IMG/VR virus record: IMGVR_UViG_3300044626_001587
Span: 1 to 62,923 of that record
DNA from: a virus
Taxonomy: Duplodnaviria > Caudoviricetes
Length of the DNA stretch: 62,923 bases
Direction: 5' to 3' (one strand)
Under the pieces are notes generated by a model. That model was not told the origin of the DNA and made no database searches. It saw only the letters and a list, made by a program, of their open reading frames with translations. Below are positions 15,476 to 24,851 of the stretch, piece after piece. The position numbers and the translations under genes are program-made. How positions within the stretch are numbered: the stretch's first letter is position 1; each line of letters starts with the position of its first letter.

Positions 15476-16045
15476 ATGAAAACGTTTCTCCAATTTCTCA
15501 GTGAACAAAAGTATCTTTCATTAGCAGCATACCATGGGGGCGCTTGGGTTCATGATGATGGAGGTCCACCAGATCAAACTGGGAGCATTCCAATCAAAGG
15601 AGGAATTCCAAACGAACCATTTAAAAACCTTAGTTATTTTAGGAGACCAGGAATAAAAAAATACATAGGATCAATAGTGAACAGCATTCGCCGCGGAGTT
15701 CAGCTTCCTCCTGTTTTTGTAACTGTGCATCCGGCCACGGTGCATCTTCCGGAAAATCAACAATTACATTCTGTACTCGATGGTAATCACAGGTGGCACG
15801 CCGCAAATATAGCACAACGTGGTGGTGGTCCTGATAATATAGATGTAGAACACATTGCTCACGAAAATATAAGATTGGTTCATCCGGACCAGAAGTATTC
15901 GGGCGAGGATCCAGGAGAAAAAGTTTATGAAAATGGAGTTCCTCTTACAAAATTTATAGGAGAAGATGGTTCATATGACATGGAAAAACCCCGAAAAGAA
16001 TTAGGCGGCTTGACATTAGGTCATTATTTTGCAGAACCAAAATGA
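15476..16045 (+). CDS. ParB/Srx-like domain protein with capsid-targeting leader
   Basis: MKTFLQFLSE; LPPVFV...VLDGNHRWHAA. Confidence 0.75.
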   Translation: MKTFLQFLSEQKYLSLAAYHGGAWVHDDGGPPDQTGSIPIKGGIPNEPFKNLSYFRRPGIKKYIGSIVNSIRRGVQLPPVFVTVHPATVHLPENQQLHSVLDGNHRWHAANIAQRGGGPDNIDVEHIAHENIRLVHPDQKYSGEDPGEKVYENGVPLTKFIGEDGSYDMEKPRKELGGLTLGHYFAEPK

Positions 16046-16161
16046 AAACGTTTCTCCAATTTCTCAATGAACAACGAGAAGCACCCCAAGGTGTAATATT
16101 TTCAAACGATGAGGCCAAAGCCTTTGTCGGTAAAGAACGCTGGTGGTGGACATCTGACTAA
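16042..16161 (+). CDS. 39-aa ORF with capsid-targeting leader, possibly truncated
   Basis: ATGA overlap; MKTFLQFLNEQ; first 25 nt identical to 15476. Confidence 0.55.
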   Translation: MKTFLQFLNEQREAPQGVIFSNDEAKAFVGKERWWWTSD

Positions 16162-16287
16162 GTTAACGATGCTAATGAAAAGGCAAAAAATACCATTTAA
16201 AATGGTTGGTGGCGAAGCAATTGATTAATCGATATTGCACAAAACACTAAATAGTTTGAAGCTATCACACTGAGAGAGATTTTGCAA

Positions 16288-16842
16288 ATGAACAAAAGAC
16301 AACAAGCTGAAGTAAAAAAGGTCATGGATGAGTTCAATGCCGGCAACCTCCACTCTGGTAAAGGTGGGAAAAAGGTGACAAAACGTAAACAAGCAATAGC
16401 AATTGCCTTGAGTCAAGCTGGTGTGAATGAAAACACTGTTTCACATTTAATCACCGACATTCTAACAGAGATGATAGAAGAAAAGAAACATAAATTGGAT
16501 CCTGTTGGCAAAGAGGACCATGATGTGAATAATGATGGAAAGACCGATAAAACTGATGATTACCTACACAACAGAAGAAAAGCTATTGCCCATGCTATGG
16601 GGAAACATTATTCAAAAAAGAAGAAAAGAGTAGTTAAAGAAGAAGCAGAACCTCCTAACTTGAGTGGTTTGAGCAGATTTGCTGAAATAGCATATCATGC
16701 TCGTGAATTAGCGAGTAATCCATCTTATACAGGGCATATAGGTACGGATATGGAAGAAGAAGTAGTACGTACGGCTAAGTCCCTCAAAACAACACCTGAA
16801 GATCCCAACCAAAGAGGACGAGCCTTTGGGCAAGGAGGGTGA
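16288..16842 (+). CDS. DUF6496-like late protein
   Basis: KVMDEFNAGNLHSGKGGKKVTKRKQAIAIALS; LDPVGKEDHDVNNDGKTD motif. Confidence 0.75.
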   Translation: MNKRQQAEVKKVMDEFNAGNLHSGKGGKKVTKRKQAIAIALSQAGVNENTVSHLITDILTEMIEEKKHKLDPVGKEDHDVNNDGKTDKTDDYLHNRRKAIAHAMGKHYSKKKKRVVKEEAEPPNLSGLSRFAEIAYHARELASNPSYTGHIGTDMEEEVVRTAKSLKTTPEDPNQRGRAFGQGG

Positions 16843-17150
16843 TAATATTTAAATCTAATCTCGCTTTCGAAAACTTTTTTGACGATCCAGATTCAGTGAG
16901 TACAAAAACTCGCTCAACGGTGTTTCTGATCGACAAAAAACAGAATGTAGATTTCAAAGGCTATCCAATACCAGAACATTGGTTCTTGGTTGGCTCATTT
17001 TATTCAGAACAAAACATGCTCGAGCAATTCAACAAATTGTCTCAAAGCAGTTTTTGTAAGTCTGGCCTCTACACATACAGAGCAAAATATCCTGATGGAT
17101 CAATGATTTATACAAGCAATGAATCCACATTTTCCCCACAGTCAAGCTGA
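16839..17150 (+). CDS. hypothetical
   Basis: GTGA overlap with AAGGAGG RBS. Confidence 0.6.
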   Translation: MIIFKSNLAFENFFDDPDSVSTKTRSTVFLIDKKQNVDFKGYPIPEHWFLVGSFYSEQNMLEQFNKLSQSSFCKSGLYTYRAKYPDGSMIYTSNESTFSPQSS

Positions 17151-17661
17151 ACATCCACGCTACGAAGACCATGGCTTTTTCATAGCATTGGAGCAATTTG
17201 ATCCTACACATCAAATTCCCGTCTCCTTCTATAAATTGTTCGAACAACGACCAGACTTGTATAAACCTCACTATAAAACACTTCAAGAAGCTAAAAACGT
17301 TTTAGCTCTATTGCTTCAAAATATGAACAACCCACCAGCTGTAAAAATTTACAGTAGAAGTGGTCAACCATACATACCAACCAATGGTCTTGATGGTCAA
17401 ACAAACATGTTTGATTCTCATCCTTCATATTCGCATGGAGGTTATTTCATTTTTGGTTCAACTGAAGACTTTAACAAACAACAACACATACCAATATCAT
17501 CGTTTCACTTGTTTGAAAAGGCTGAACTGTTGGACAAATACAAACCATTGTTTGAGGATAAGACAGAAGCAAAAGAAGTCTATCAACAACTGATGCTGGC
17601 TCTAAGCAAAAAAGGCCATAGTGAGAAAGTTACAATTGAATCTTGCCATCCAACAAAATAA
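17119..17661 (+). CDS. hypothetical with internal two-fold repeat
   Basis: HGFFI..HQIPVS.YKP..EAK repeated as HGGYFI..HIPIS.YKP..EAK. Confidence 0.7.
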   Translation: MNPHFPHSQAEHPRYEDHGFFIALEQFDPTHQIPVSFYKLFEQRPDLYKPHYKTLQEAKNVLALLLQNMNNPPAVKIYSRSGQPYIPTNGLDGQTNMFDSHPSYSHGGYFIFGSTEDFNKQQHIPISSFHLFEKAELLDKYKPLFEDKTEAKEVYQQLMLALSKKGHSEKVTIESCHPTK

Positions 17662-17666
17662 AACTG

Positions 17667-17694
17667 TTGACAGTTCGTAAACTCGCTATATAAT
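17667..17694 (+). promoter_or_regulatory. early promoter
   Basis: TTGACA-16-TATAAT. Confidence 0.8.
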
Positions 17695-17731
17695 CGGTCT
17701 GCCGCCGAACAGATGAATAGCTAACAGAACA

Positions 17732-17905
17732 ATGAATGCAATTCTAACACCCTGTATTAATGTTTGCAAGCTAGACATAGCTAATCAATACTGTACGGGT
17801 TGTTTGCGTACGGTGGAAGAGATAGCTAGTTGGAGAAAGCTTTCTCAAGATCAGAAGCAAAAAGTAATCGATAGTCTTCAGTTTAGAAATAGAGAAAATG
17901 AGTGA
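17732..17905 (+). CDS. DUF1289 small Cys-rich protein
   Basis: TPCINVCKLD...CTGCLRTVEEIASW; below the ORF-track cutoff. Confidence 0.85.
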   Translation: MNAILTPCINVCKLDIANQYCTGCLRTVEEIASWRKLSQDQKQKVIDSLQFRNRENE

Positions 17906-18044
17906 ATTTGGTATTGTTATAATTGCCATTTTAACAATTGTATATTTTGTTGGTGGTTTTTCGTGGCTAATGTTTGTTATTGCGTACTACACAATAGCAA
18001 TTAGCTTTGGAATGATTCTTGGACGGTTGATGAAGGACGATTGA
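17898..18044 (+). CDS. 48-aa membrane peptide
   Basis: hydrophobic ORF tightly packed between neighbours. Confidence 0.6.
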   Translation: MSEFGIVIIAILTIVYFVGGFSWLMFVIAYYTIAISFGMILGRLMKDD

Positions 18045-18045
18045 C

Positions 18046-18273
18046 ATGGCTAAAACTAAATTGAAACCAACACATTTGATAGCTCTACAGAAAGCTAAGT
18101 ATGGTTATTCAGAAAATACTATCTTCAATGCTGTTGAGCGAAGAGAATACGGTTACTTGGTAGAGTGGAAGATTCAACATCCCTACATGGGATGGCAATC
18201 TGTTCTTCCATGTGAGTGCAAAGTTATCAAAAAGATTCAAACAAAAAAACGCTCACTGGCTTTAGCACAATAG
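18046..18273 (+). CDS. hypothetical
   Basis: AAGGA RBS. Confidence 0.7.
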   Translation: MAKTKLKPTHLIALQKAKYGYSENTIFNAVERREYGYLVEWKIQHPYMGWQSVLPCECKVIKKIQTKKRSLALAQ

Positions 18274-18345
18274 GTTTAACGTGTGGACTTCGGTGTTTTT
18301 CCAGTAGATAATCTACTATATAGAATAAATTCATAGGAGTTAACA

Positions 18346-18852
18346 GTGAAAGTTACTATAGGGCCTTACAAAAAGCCATTGAACGGGAAAAAGCTGGTTC
18401 AATGGACTAAACGTATTGGTGTCCCTCAAAAAAATATCAATAATATTTCAACGTGGCTCGATGATACTTTTTGGTTTTTCTTCGATCCTTTGTTCGACTC
18501 TGACACATCCCAAAAAATCAAAGTCAAAATTGATGATTATGATTTGTGGAATGCTGATATTACACTAGCCCATGTCATTCATCCTGTTTTGGTAAAATTG
18601 AAACAGCAAAAACACGGTGTGGCTTATGTTGATAATGAGGACGTTCCAGAAAATCTTCGGACTGAAGAAGATGAACCAGAATTAGCCAAGCTTGAACAAA
18701 AATGGTTCTATTGCCTTGATGAAATGATCTGGACATTTGATATAATTAAGAAGGATGAATATTTGGATGAAATGTCAGAAAAAATAAAATATGAACGGGT
18801 CGCTAACGGCCTTCGCTTGTTTGCAAAATACTATTTTTCACTTTGGGATTAA
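18346..18852 (+). CDS. conserved myovirus hypothetical
   Basis: IDDYDLWNADITLAHVI...LFAKYYFSLWD pattern; AGGAG + GTG. Confidence 0.8.
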   Translation: MKVTIGPYKKPLNGKKLVQWTKRIGVPQKNINNISTWLDDTFWFFFDPLFDSDTSQKIKVKIDDYDLWNADITLAHVIHPVLVKLKQQKHGVAYVDNEDVPENLRTEEDEPELAKLEQKWFYCLDEMIWTFDIIKKDEYLDEMSEKIKYERVANGLRLFAKYYFSLWD

Positions 18853-18873
18853 CTTAAATTAGGATAACATATT

Positions 18874-19281
18874 ATGTCTCTACCAGAACTTATTTACTTA
18901 GCTAACGTTATTGGCAGCTTGAACTTTCTTATTGATTTTGTTTGTATACTGCTAATCATTTACATTTGTTGGGGTCTTGTTAACAATGCAGCTGTCCATT
19001 TAATGGACGACTATGATGGAGAAGATCGTTTAAGGAAACGTATCAAATTGACTGTACCAGTTACTGTTTACGTAGTGTTTGCTGTATTGTCAGTTCTTAC
19101 GCCCTCTGATCGAGTTGTGTATGCTATGGCTGGTGCGCACGTTGTCCAAAACGTTGCTAATAATGAAAGAGTTCAAAACATTTCAGAAGATTTGCTTGTG
19201 TTAATTGAACAAAAGCTTGAAGAACAGTTGGAACAACCACAACAACCGGAACAAACTTCTGAACAACCAGCTGCTCAATAG
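18874..19281 (+). CDS. membrane protein
   Basis: two hydrophobic segments. Confidence 0.75.
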   Translation: MSLPELIYLANVIGSLNFLIDFVCILLIIYICWGLVNNAAVHLMDDYDGEDRLRKRIKLTVPVTVYVVFAVLSVLTPSDRVVYAMAGAHVVQNVANNERVQNISEDLLVLIEQKLEEQLEQPQQPEQTSEQPAAQ

Positions 19282-19291
19282 TAATGATGAA

Positions 19292-19561
19292 ATGACAAAC
19301 AACGACAGAGTCGACCTACTTTATACAATCGTTTTTGCACAACAGCATTATATTCAAATGCTTGAGAAATTTATTTCAATGGTAGATTGTAGCGATGGTG
19401 CACAAATGTTTATAAAGACAGAGGACGACTCTGTCGTTATTCAAAACATTGCTGAAGTTAGACAAGAAACAATTGATGAGGAATATGAAGCGTTTCTTGA
19501 AATAGACAGGTTGTTTCAAAAGTTAGATGAAATGGATAGTAAAACCATTAAAAAGGTTTGA
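19292..19561 (+). CDS. hypothetical acidic protein
   Basis: ORF between neighbours. Confidence 0.65.
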   Translation: MTNNDRVDLLYTIVFAQQHYIQMLEKFISMVDCSDGAQMFIKTEDDSVVIQNIAEVRQETIDEEYEAFLEIDRLFQKLDEMDSKTIKKV

Positions 19562-19562
19562 T

Positions 19563-20030
19563 ATGAATATTTTTGCGACTTCCGATGATCCTTTTGAGTC
19601 TGCAATTTGTTTAGATGATAAAAGAGTTGTCAAAATGTGCCTTGAAACAGCACAGCTATTGTCAACAAACATTAGACAAAGACAAATTGATTTTGGCTAC
19701 AAACCAACACATGTTAAACATCCTTGCAATCTATGGCTTGAAGAAGGATACGGCAATTTTTTGTGGCTGTATAAACATGGTGTTCAACTGTGTTTAGAAT
19801 ATGAACGGAGATTCTCCAAACACCACAAATCTGAAGAAATAATTAGAAAAGCATTTTGGCTCCGTCCTAATGACGGAACATCAATGACAGCTTTCAAAAA
19901 CTGTACAATTTTCAAAGACGAACCGGTCCATAAAGCATATAAAGATGCTTTGATCGTAAAATGGAACAACGACACTAAAGCACCTAAATGGTCAAAAACA
20001 AATCCACCAGAGTGGTATCGAAAGGATTGA
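19563..20030 (+). CDS. pyrimidine-dimer DNA glycosylase (DenV/Pyr_excise family)
   Basis: MNIF...DDKRVVKMCLETAQLLS...YKPTHVKHPCNLW. Confidence 0.8.
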   Translation: MNIFATSDDPFESAICLDDKRVVKMCLETAQLLSTNIRQRQIDFGYKPTHVKHPCNLWLEEGYGNFLWLYKHGVQLCLEYERRFSKHHKSEEIIRKAFWLRPNDGTSMTAFKNCTIFKDEPVHKAYKDALIVKWNNDTKAPKWSKTNPPEWYRKD

Positions 20031-20032
20031 AT

Positions 20033-20335
20033 ATGAATACTGTTGAACAATGGAAACAATTGCTCGAAAACTCTGTTTGCACTGTTGTCTACTTCAATAA
20101 AAGCGGAGAGAGGTCAGAAAGAGAAATTACTCTAAACCCAAGTCTAATTAATTACAAATATAAACAAAATGATCATACTGAGAAAAAGGATACAGACAGT
20201 ATCGTTGCATGGGATTGTGCTATGTCAGTGTGGAGACGGTTTAAGATAAATAATCTGTCTTTAGCAACCAGAAATGCTCCAAATAATGATCACATTCAAG
20301 CAATTCCTAATGGAGAACGAGCCCAACAAACCTGA
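20033..20335 (+). CDS. DUF2693/WYL_2 SH3-like protein
   Basis: V.YFNKSGERSEREITL...AWD...WRRF. Confidence 0.7.
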   Translation: MNTVEQWKQLLENSVCTVVYFNKSGERSEREITLNPSLINYKYKQNDHTEKKDTDSIVAWDCAMSVWRRFKINNLSLATRNAPNNDHIQAIPNGERAQQT

Positions 20336-21323
20336 GGGCGAAAAGGAGGAGCCTCGCGAGGAAGAACGGGGAAAATCACACAAATCAGGAATGGAGACAG
20401 GAAAATCAGCCGAAATTGAAGCTGCTGACGTGATTAGAGAAATGATGCCTCATCATTATAAAGTATCATTTGGTATTGGCAGAGCTAAAAATGGTCGAGA
20501 TGCTCCGGATATTATTGTTTCAGATGGTAGTCGTCATCAAGATCATGAGGAAGAAACAGTTATTGCTCATGGGATTATGACTAGAAAGAGTAAAAATTCT
20601 GGATGGTCTTTCACAGTGGTGAACCCAGAAAATGTTCATCATCATGTTGCTCATGCAGCACCTCATCTCAATGCAGAAGGAATAGTAGCTTCTGTGAGGC
20701 GTAGACCATCCGGAACAGAAAAAAATGAAAAATCAGTTAATTACGGCATGGGCGATGTGCCACTTGCTGTGAATTGGAAGCCAAAAAATACCCGTTCAAT
20801 TGATGCTGTGGTTGTCCATCATCAAGGTCATATAACTGAAGAGGGTCATCGTTTAGCTCATGCAATTGGAGAACACGTTCAACATCATGGGTCTTTTGTA
20901 ATCGATGTAAAAAGCAAAGGTTCAGATCAGTTTTCCAATCTAGCATTCCATGTGCATAGAGATAAAGACCATCACTTACATTTTCACTGGGCAGAATCTG
21001 ATGTTCCTCATCATATCAAACACCATATTGAACACCATATGAGACATCATCATTCGCATGATTTTCATAAATATCTCGACGAAATTGAAAGTCATGGTGT
21101 TGGACCAGATAGTAGGTTAGTCAGAAGACAGTCACATTTTGTTCCAGACAATGCGCCTTCTATTGTAGCTGCAAAAGAAAAAGGTTTGTTTGTTACTAAA
21201 AAACCTCCAAAATTATCATTTAAACTCGAACATGAATCTATTAAAGGGTTCGTAAAAGACATGTTTGGCGCAACTGCAAAATATTTTAAGACTTCAGAAC
21301 ATAGGAAACGTGAAAAGGAGTAA
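20286..21323 (+). CDS. His-rich protein with capsid-targeting leader
   Basis: MITFKQFLME; ATAAATA upstream. Confidence 0.75.
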   Translation: MITFKQFLMENEPNKPEGEKEEPREEERGKSHKSGMETGKSAEIEAADVIREMMPHHYKVSFGIGRAKNGRDAPDIIVSDGSRHQDHEEETVIAHGIMTRKSKNSGWSFTVVNPENVHHHVAHAAPHLNAEGIVASVRRRPSGTEKNEKSVNYGMGDVPLAVNWKPKNTRSIDAVVVHHQGHITEEGHRLAHAIGEHVQHHGSFVIDVKSKGSDQFSNLAFHVHRDKDHHLHFHWAESDVPHHIKHHIEHHMRHHHSHDFHKYLDEIESHGVGPDSRLVRRQSHFVPDNAPSIVAAKEKGLFVTKKPPKLSFKLEHESIKGFVKDMFGATAKYFKTSEHRKREKE

Positions 21324-21325
21324 TA

Positions 21326-22342
21326 ATGCCATTAGCTTATGATGAGCTGTCCAAAAATGCAATGGGGGGGACAGAATTGTTGAAACATGGTTTAGTAGAA
21401 AGGATGGAACGACGAGACCCTGACCTTTTGAATGACTTCCAAATCTTTGTATCAAGAGTCCACGAGCCATTAGACAAATCAAAAATTATTTTGTATTGGC
21501 ATCATGATTTACCTAATGATCCTGAATGTTCAAAACACCTCAAAAACCAAGGGTGGGAAAACTTCGATCTATTAATCTTCAATTCAAACTGGCAGATGCA
21601 GCAGTTCAATCAAGTGTTAGGCGTCCCTTTTTCAAAAAGCATCGTCCTTGAAAACTGCATTGTTCCATTAGATGATTGTGAAAAAGATTATTCAGACACG
21701 ATTCGATTGATTTATACACCTACTCCTCATAGAGGATTAGAACTTCTTGTTCCTGTGTTTGAGGTCCTTCAACAAAAACACCCAAATATTGAACTAGATG
21801 TATTTTCATCGTTCAATATCTATGGGTGGGGAGACAGAGACAAGCAGTACGAACAACTTTTTGAGAAGTGTAGAAACCATCCAAAAATTAACTATCATGG
21901 TTTCAAACCTAACAGCGAAGTTAGAAAAGCACTACTAAAAGCTCACATTTTTGCTTACCCATCAATTTGGATTGAATCTTCTTGCATGACGTTGATGGAA
22001 GCAATGAGTGCCAAATTAGTTTGTGTTCATCCCAATTATGGAGCATTGATAGAGACGTCTGGTGGTTTGACATCGATGTATCAATGGACCGAAGATGCAA
22101 ATCAACATGCGCAAAGGTTTCACGATTTTCTAGATACAACAATTGAATCGTTAAAAAACTCAGACAATTTACCAGGACTACAAAATCAACTTCATCTCCA
22201 AAAAGTTTATTGCGACACAAGATACAATTGGAATTCTAGAGAAAATCAATGGTTCAGTCTTTTATCAACATTAAAGCAAAATAAAGAAAATGTATTCTCA
22301 ATTCGAAAGCCGGCTGGAAACTATTTTAGAGTACAAACCTAG
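21326..22342 (+). CDS. GT-B (GT4-like) glycosyltransferase
   Basis: MGGTE, YTPTPHRGL, YPSIWIESSCMTLMEAM (ExxxxxxxE). Confidence 0.9.
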   Translation: MPLAYDELSKNAMGGTELLKHGLVERMERRDPDLLNDFQIFVSRVHEPLDKSKIILYWHHDLPNDPECSKHLKNQGWENFDLLIFNSNWQMQQFNQVLGVPFSKSIVLENCIVPLDDCEKDYSDTIRLIYTPTPHRGLELLVPVFEVLQQKHPNIELDVFSSFNIYGWGDRDKQYEQLFEKCRNHPKINYHGFKPNSEVRKALLKAHIFAYPSIWIESSCMTLMEAMSAKLVCVHPNYGALIETSGGLTSMYQWTEDANQHAQRFHDFLDTTIESLKNSDNLPGLQNQLHLQKVYCDTRYNWNSRENQWFSLLSTLKQNKENVFSIRKPAGNYFRVQT

Positions 22343-22346
22343 ACCG

Positions 22347-22375
22347 TTGACAAGGGAGATCAACGCTGCTATGAT
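22347..22375 (+). promoter_or_regulatory. early promoter
   Basis: TTGACA-17-TATGAT. Confidence 0.8.
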
Positions 22376-22395
22376 ATCCATCATAGGAGATGACA

Positions 22396-23121
22396 ATGGC
22401 TAAGAAGTCGACAACCAAACTGACAAAGAAGCCTAAGAAAGTTGCAAGGCAGACGAAGGCCACTCGTCGTGTAATAGCCAAAAAGTCTGTTGGGGACAAT
22501 TGCCCTCAAAAAACTAGTTTTGTACAACAATTGAATTGGTACAACACGATGTTTGAGGACCAAACAGATGCCTTTAATGCTGTTGTTCAGTATCTTGATT
22601 CAAAAGGTATGAAAGAATCATGCAGGGTAGCCAAGGCTTGCAAGACAGAGCTGCAAAAAAGACTGACATCGACAGATTGGGCTTTCGCTTCGATGCTGAT
22701 CAACAATCAGCCAATTCCTAAGGATGCAATTCAAAGGTGGCATTCTAGGTTGAAGGTGAAAATCAGCACTGTTAACAAAATTGCTTTGACACCCAAAATC
22801 CAACCCCAACCTAAGCCATTCAAAAAGATCGTTGAAGAAAGGCTCAGTATCGTAGAGCAATCGATCGATGAGGTTTTTTCTCAACTAAGACAAAATGGCA
22901 GAGCAAAGTTTGCATACAGTGATTTGTATAATAAATATAATATAACTCCTGAAATTCAGAGCCAAATTGCAGGCTACTACAAGCCCATTTACCAAGAACT
23001 TGTAGATGCATATAAAGATCGGATTGAGGGTTACAGTGGTATTTCAAAGCCAGTCCTTAAATCAATGATTGAAGTACTCAAGCATGTAATTGTTTTTCAA
23101 AAGTCTACTGTTTATCTTTAA
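22396..23121 (+). CDS. conserved T4-like hypothetical
   Basis: LNWYN and EGYS motifs; usual position before the phoH/exonuclease block. Confidence 0.7.
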   Translation: MAKKSTTKLTKKPKKVARQTKATRRVIAKKSVGDNCPQKTSFVQQLNWYNTMFEDQTDAFNAVVQYLDSKGMKESCRVAKACKTELQKRLTSTDWAFASMLINNQPIPKDAIQRWHSRLKVKISTVNKIALTPKIQPQPKPFKKIVEERLSIVEQSIDEVFSQLRQNGRAKFAYSDLYNKYNITPEIQSQIAGYYKPIYQELVDAYKDRIEGYSGISKPVLKSMIEVLKHVIVFQKSTVYL

Positions 23122-23132
23122 GAAAGAAAAGT

Positions 23133-23564
23133 ATGCCATATACACCAATGTTTGAAATCTTCAGTGCAATTGAATCTTGTGAGGATGATATTGAAAAAGT
23201 GGAGCTTTTGCGAAAGCATGACACTCCAGCATTGAGGAAATTACTTAGATATATGATTGATGGACGATTGCAATTTGTCTTGAAAGATTGTCCATCGTTT
23301 AAATCAAAAGATATTCCAGGAATGGAACGAATGCTTTACAATAGGGTTAGGTTACTATACCTTTTTGTAAAACAAAAACATGATGTGGATAAAAAAGCTC
23401 TTGAAAGACTCCTTAACGATATGTTAGAGTCGATTGATTATCGTGATGCAGAAATAGTACTTCAACTTCTTAAAAAGAAACTACCGAAAGGATTAACTAA
23501 GTTAAATGTTACACAAGCATTTCCGGGTATTTTAGATGAGCAAATCAAGGAACTCTCAAATTAA
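23133..23564 (+). CDS. conserved T4-like hypothetical (DUF6433-like)
   Basis: KVELLRK...LYLFVK...MLESI...GLT...AFP. Confidence 0.7.
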   Translation: MPYTPMFEIFSAIESCEDDIEKVELLRKHDTPALRKLLRYMIDGRLQFVLKDCPSFKSKDIPGMERMLYNRVRLLYLFVKQKHDVDKKALERLLNDMLESIDYRDAEIVLQLLKKKLPKGLTKLNVTQAFPGILDEQIKELSN

Positions 23565-23736
23565 GCAGCGTTATGACTATGATCCAGATAGTCAAAGGAA
23601 AAATAAACCTTTGATTCAGGAGGATCGAAAATCAAAACGACAACAAGACAGGGCTTTGAGAACAAAAGATCTATCAATATTCTTTGAAGATGATGAAGAA
23701 GATGATTGGTCTTTTCCAAGTTATTCCAAGCGGTAG
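23536..23736 (+). CDS. hypothetical
   Basis: basic then acidic small ORF. Confidence 0.6.
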   Translation: MSKSRNSQIKQRYDYDPDSQRKNKPLIQEDRKSKRQQDRALRTKDLSIFFEDDEEDDWSFPSYSKR

Positions 23737-23753
23737 ATAACGTTAATACACTA

Positions 23754-23792
23754 AAAAGGCGCCAACCAGATTGGCGCCTTTTTTTATAAATA
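23754..23792 (+). terminator. terminator followed by a late promoter
   Basis: AGGCGCCAA...TTGGCGCCT + T-run; TATAAATA 23785-23792. Confidence 0.8.
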
Positions 23793-23816
23793 TCAGATTC
23801 AAAGTAAGAGGTACAA

Positions 23817-24047
23817 ATGCCATTATATACGTTTAGAAATACAGAGAATGAAGAAATTTGGGAACAAATGATGACAATTGAAGAAAAGGAACAATATTTA
23901 AGAGAACAACCTCATTTAGAACAGTTGATTACAAAAGTTTCTATAACAGATCCAATTAGATCAGGAATTACTAAACGACATCCAGCATTGACAGAAAAGT
24001 TTAACTCAATTAAAAGATATTACCGAGGCTCAACTGTTAATGTATAA
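23817..24047 (+). CDS. small T4-like protein (MPxYxF, FmdB-related)
   Basis: MPLYTFRNTENEEIWE...PHLEQ. Confidence 0.7.
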   Translation: MPLYTFRNTENEEIWEQMMTIEEKEQYLREQPHLEQLITKVSITDPIRSGITKRHPALTEKFNSIKRYYRGSTVNV

Positions 24048-24113
24048 AAGTTGATGTCTAATAGGCGATTTCAAAGAAAATTAAAATTAAATTCCCTACA
24101 GAAGGGAGAAGCT

Positions 24114-24851
24114 ATGTCTAAGAAAAAAACATGCACTGTAGATATTATGGATTGTTTTTGCCCAGCTGTTCCAAAAACAAGAAATCAAAAGCTAGCTACT
24201 GATTTTTACGATAAAGGAAACCATTTGTTGTTGTCTGGTTTCCCTGGAACGGGTAAAACATTTTTAGCTTTGTCTATGGCTTTACGATCTGTTAATACTT
24301 TTCAATACAAGCAAGTAATAATTGTAAGATCTGCTGTATCTACAAGGGACATAGGCTTTCTTCCTGGTAATCACAAAGAAAAAATGTCTGAATATGAAAG
24401 ACCGTATGTAGAAATCTGTCAAAAACTATTTGATTCAAAAAGTCAGATACCTCCTTTCAGACAACTACAAAATAGTCAGTATATTCAAGTGATGTCAACG
24501 TCATATATTAGAGGAATAACGCTTGAAGATTGTGTTATTATCATCGATGAGTTTCAAAACATGATAGAACACGAATTGTATTCTTTGTTGACAAGGGTTG
24601 GACAAAACTGTAGAGTTGTTCTTTGTGGAGATATATTACAGAACGATCTTCGAAACCAAAAATCAGGATTCTTTAGACTGATTGAAACAATTAAAAAAAT
24701 GCATGACTTCAAGCAAGTAGACTTTCAAATTGAAGACATTGTAAGGTCAAATTTTGCGAGAGAATTTATTATCAATTGGCAGTCTACGGAGTACAATGAC
24801 TTTGCAGTTACACCTAGCTCAAAAGCAGTTCAATCATTGTTTTCTTCCTAG
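24114..24851 (+). CDS. phoH: PhoH-like ATPase
   Basis: GFPGTGKT, RDIGFLPG, YIRGITL, IIDEFQN, GD..Q.DL, DIVRS. Confidence 0.95.
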   Translation: MSKKKTCTVDIMDCFCPAVPKTRNQKLATDFYDKGNHLLLSGFPGTGKTFLALSMALRSVNTFQYKQVIIVRSAVSTRDIGFLPGNHKEKMSEYERPYVEICQKLFDSKSQIPPFRQLQNSQYIQVMSTSYIRGITLEDCVIIIDEFQNMIEHELYSLLTRVGQNCRVVLCGDILQNDLRNQKSGFFRLIETIKKMHDFKQVDFQIEDIVRSNFAREFIINWQSTEYNDFAVTPSSKAVQSLFSS

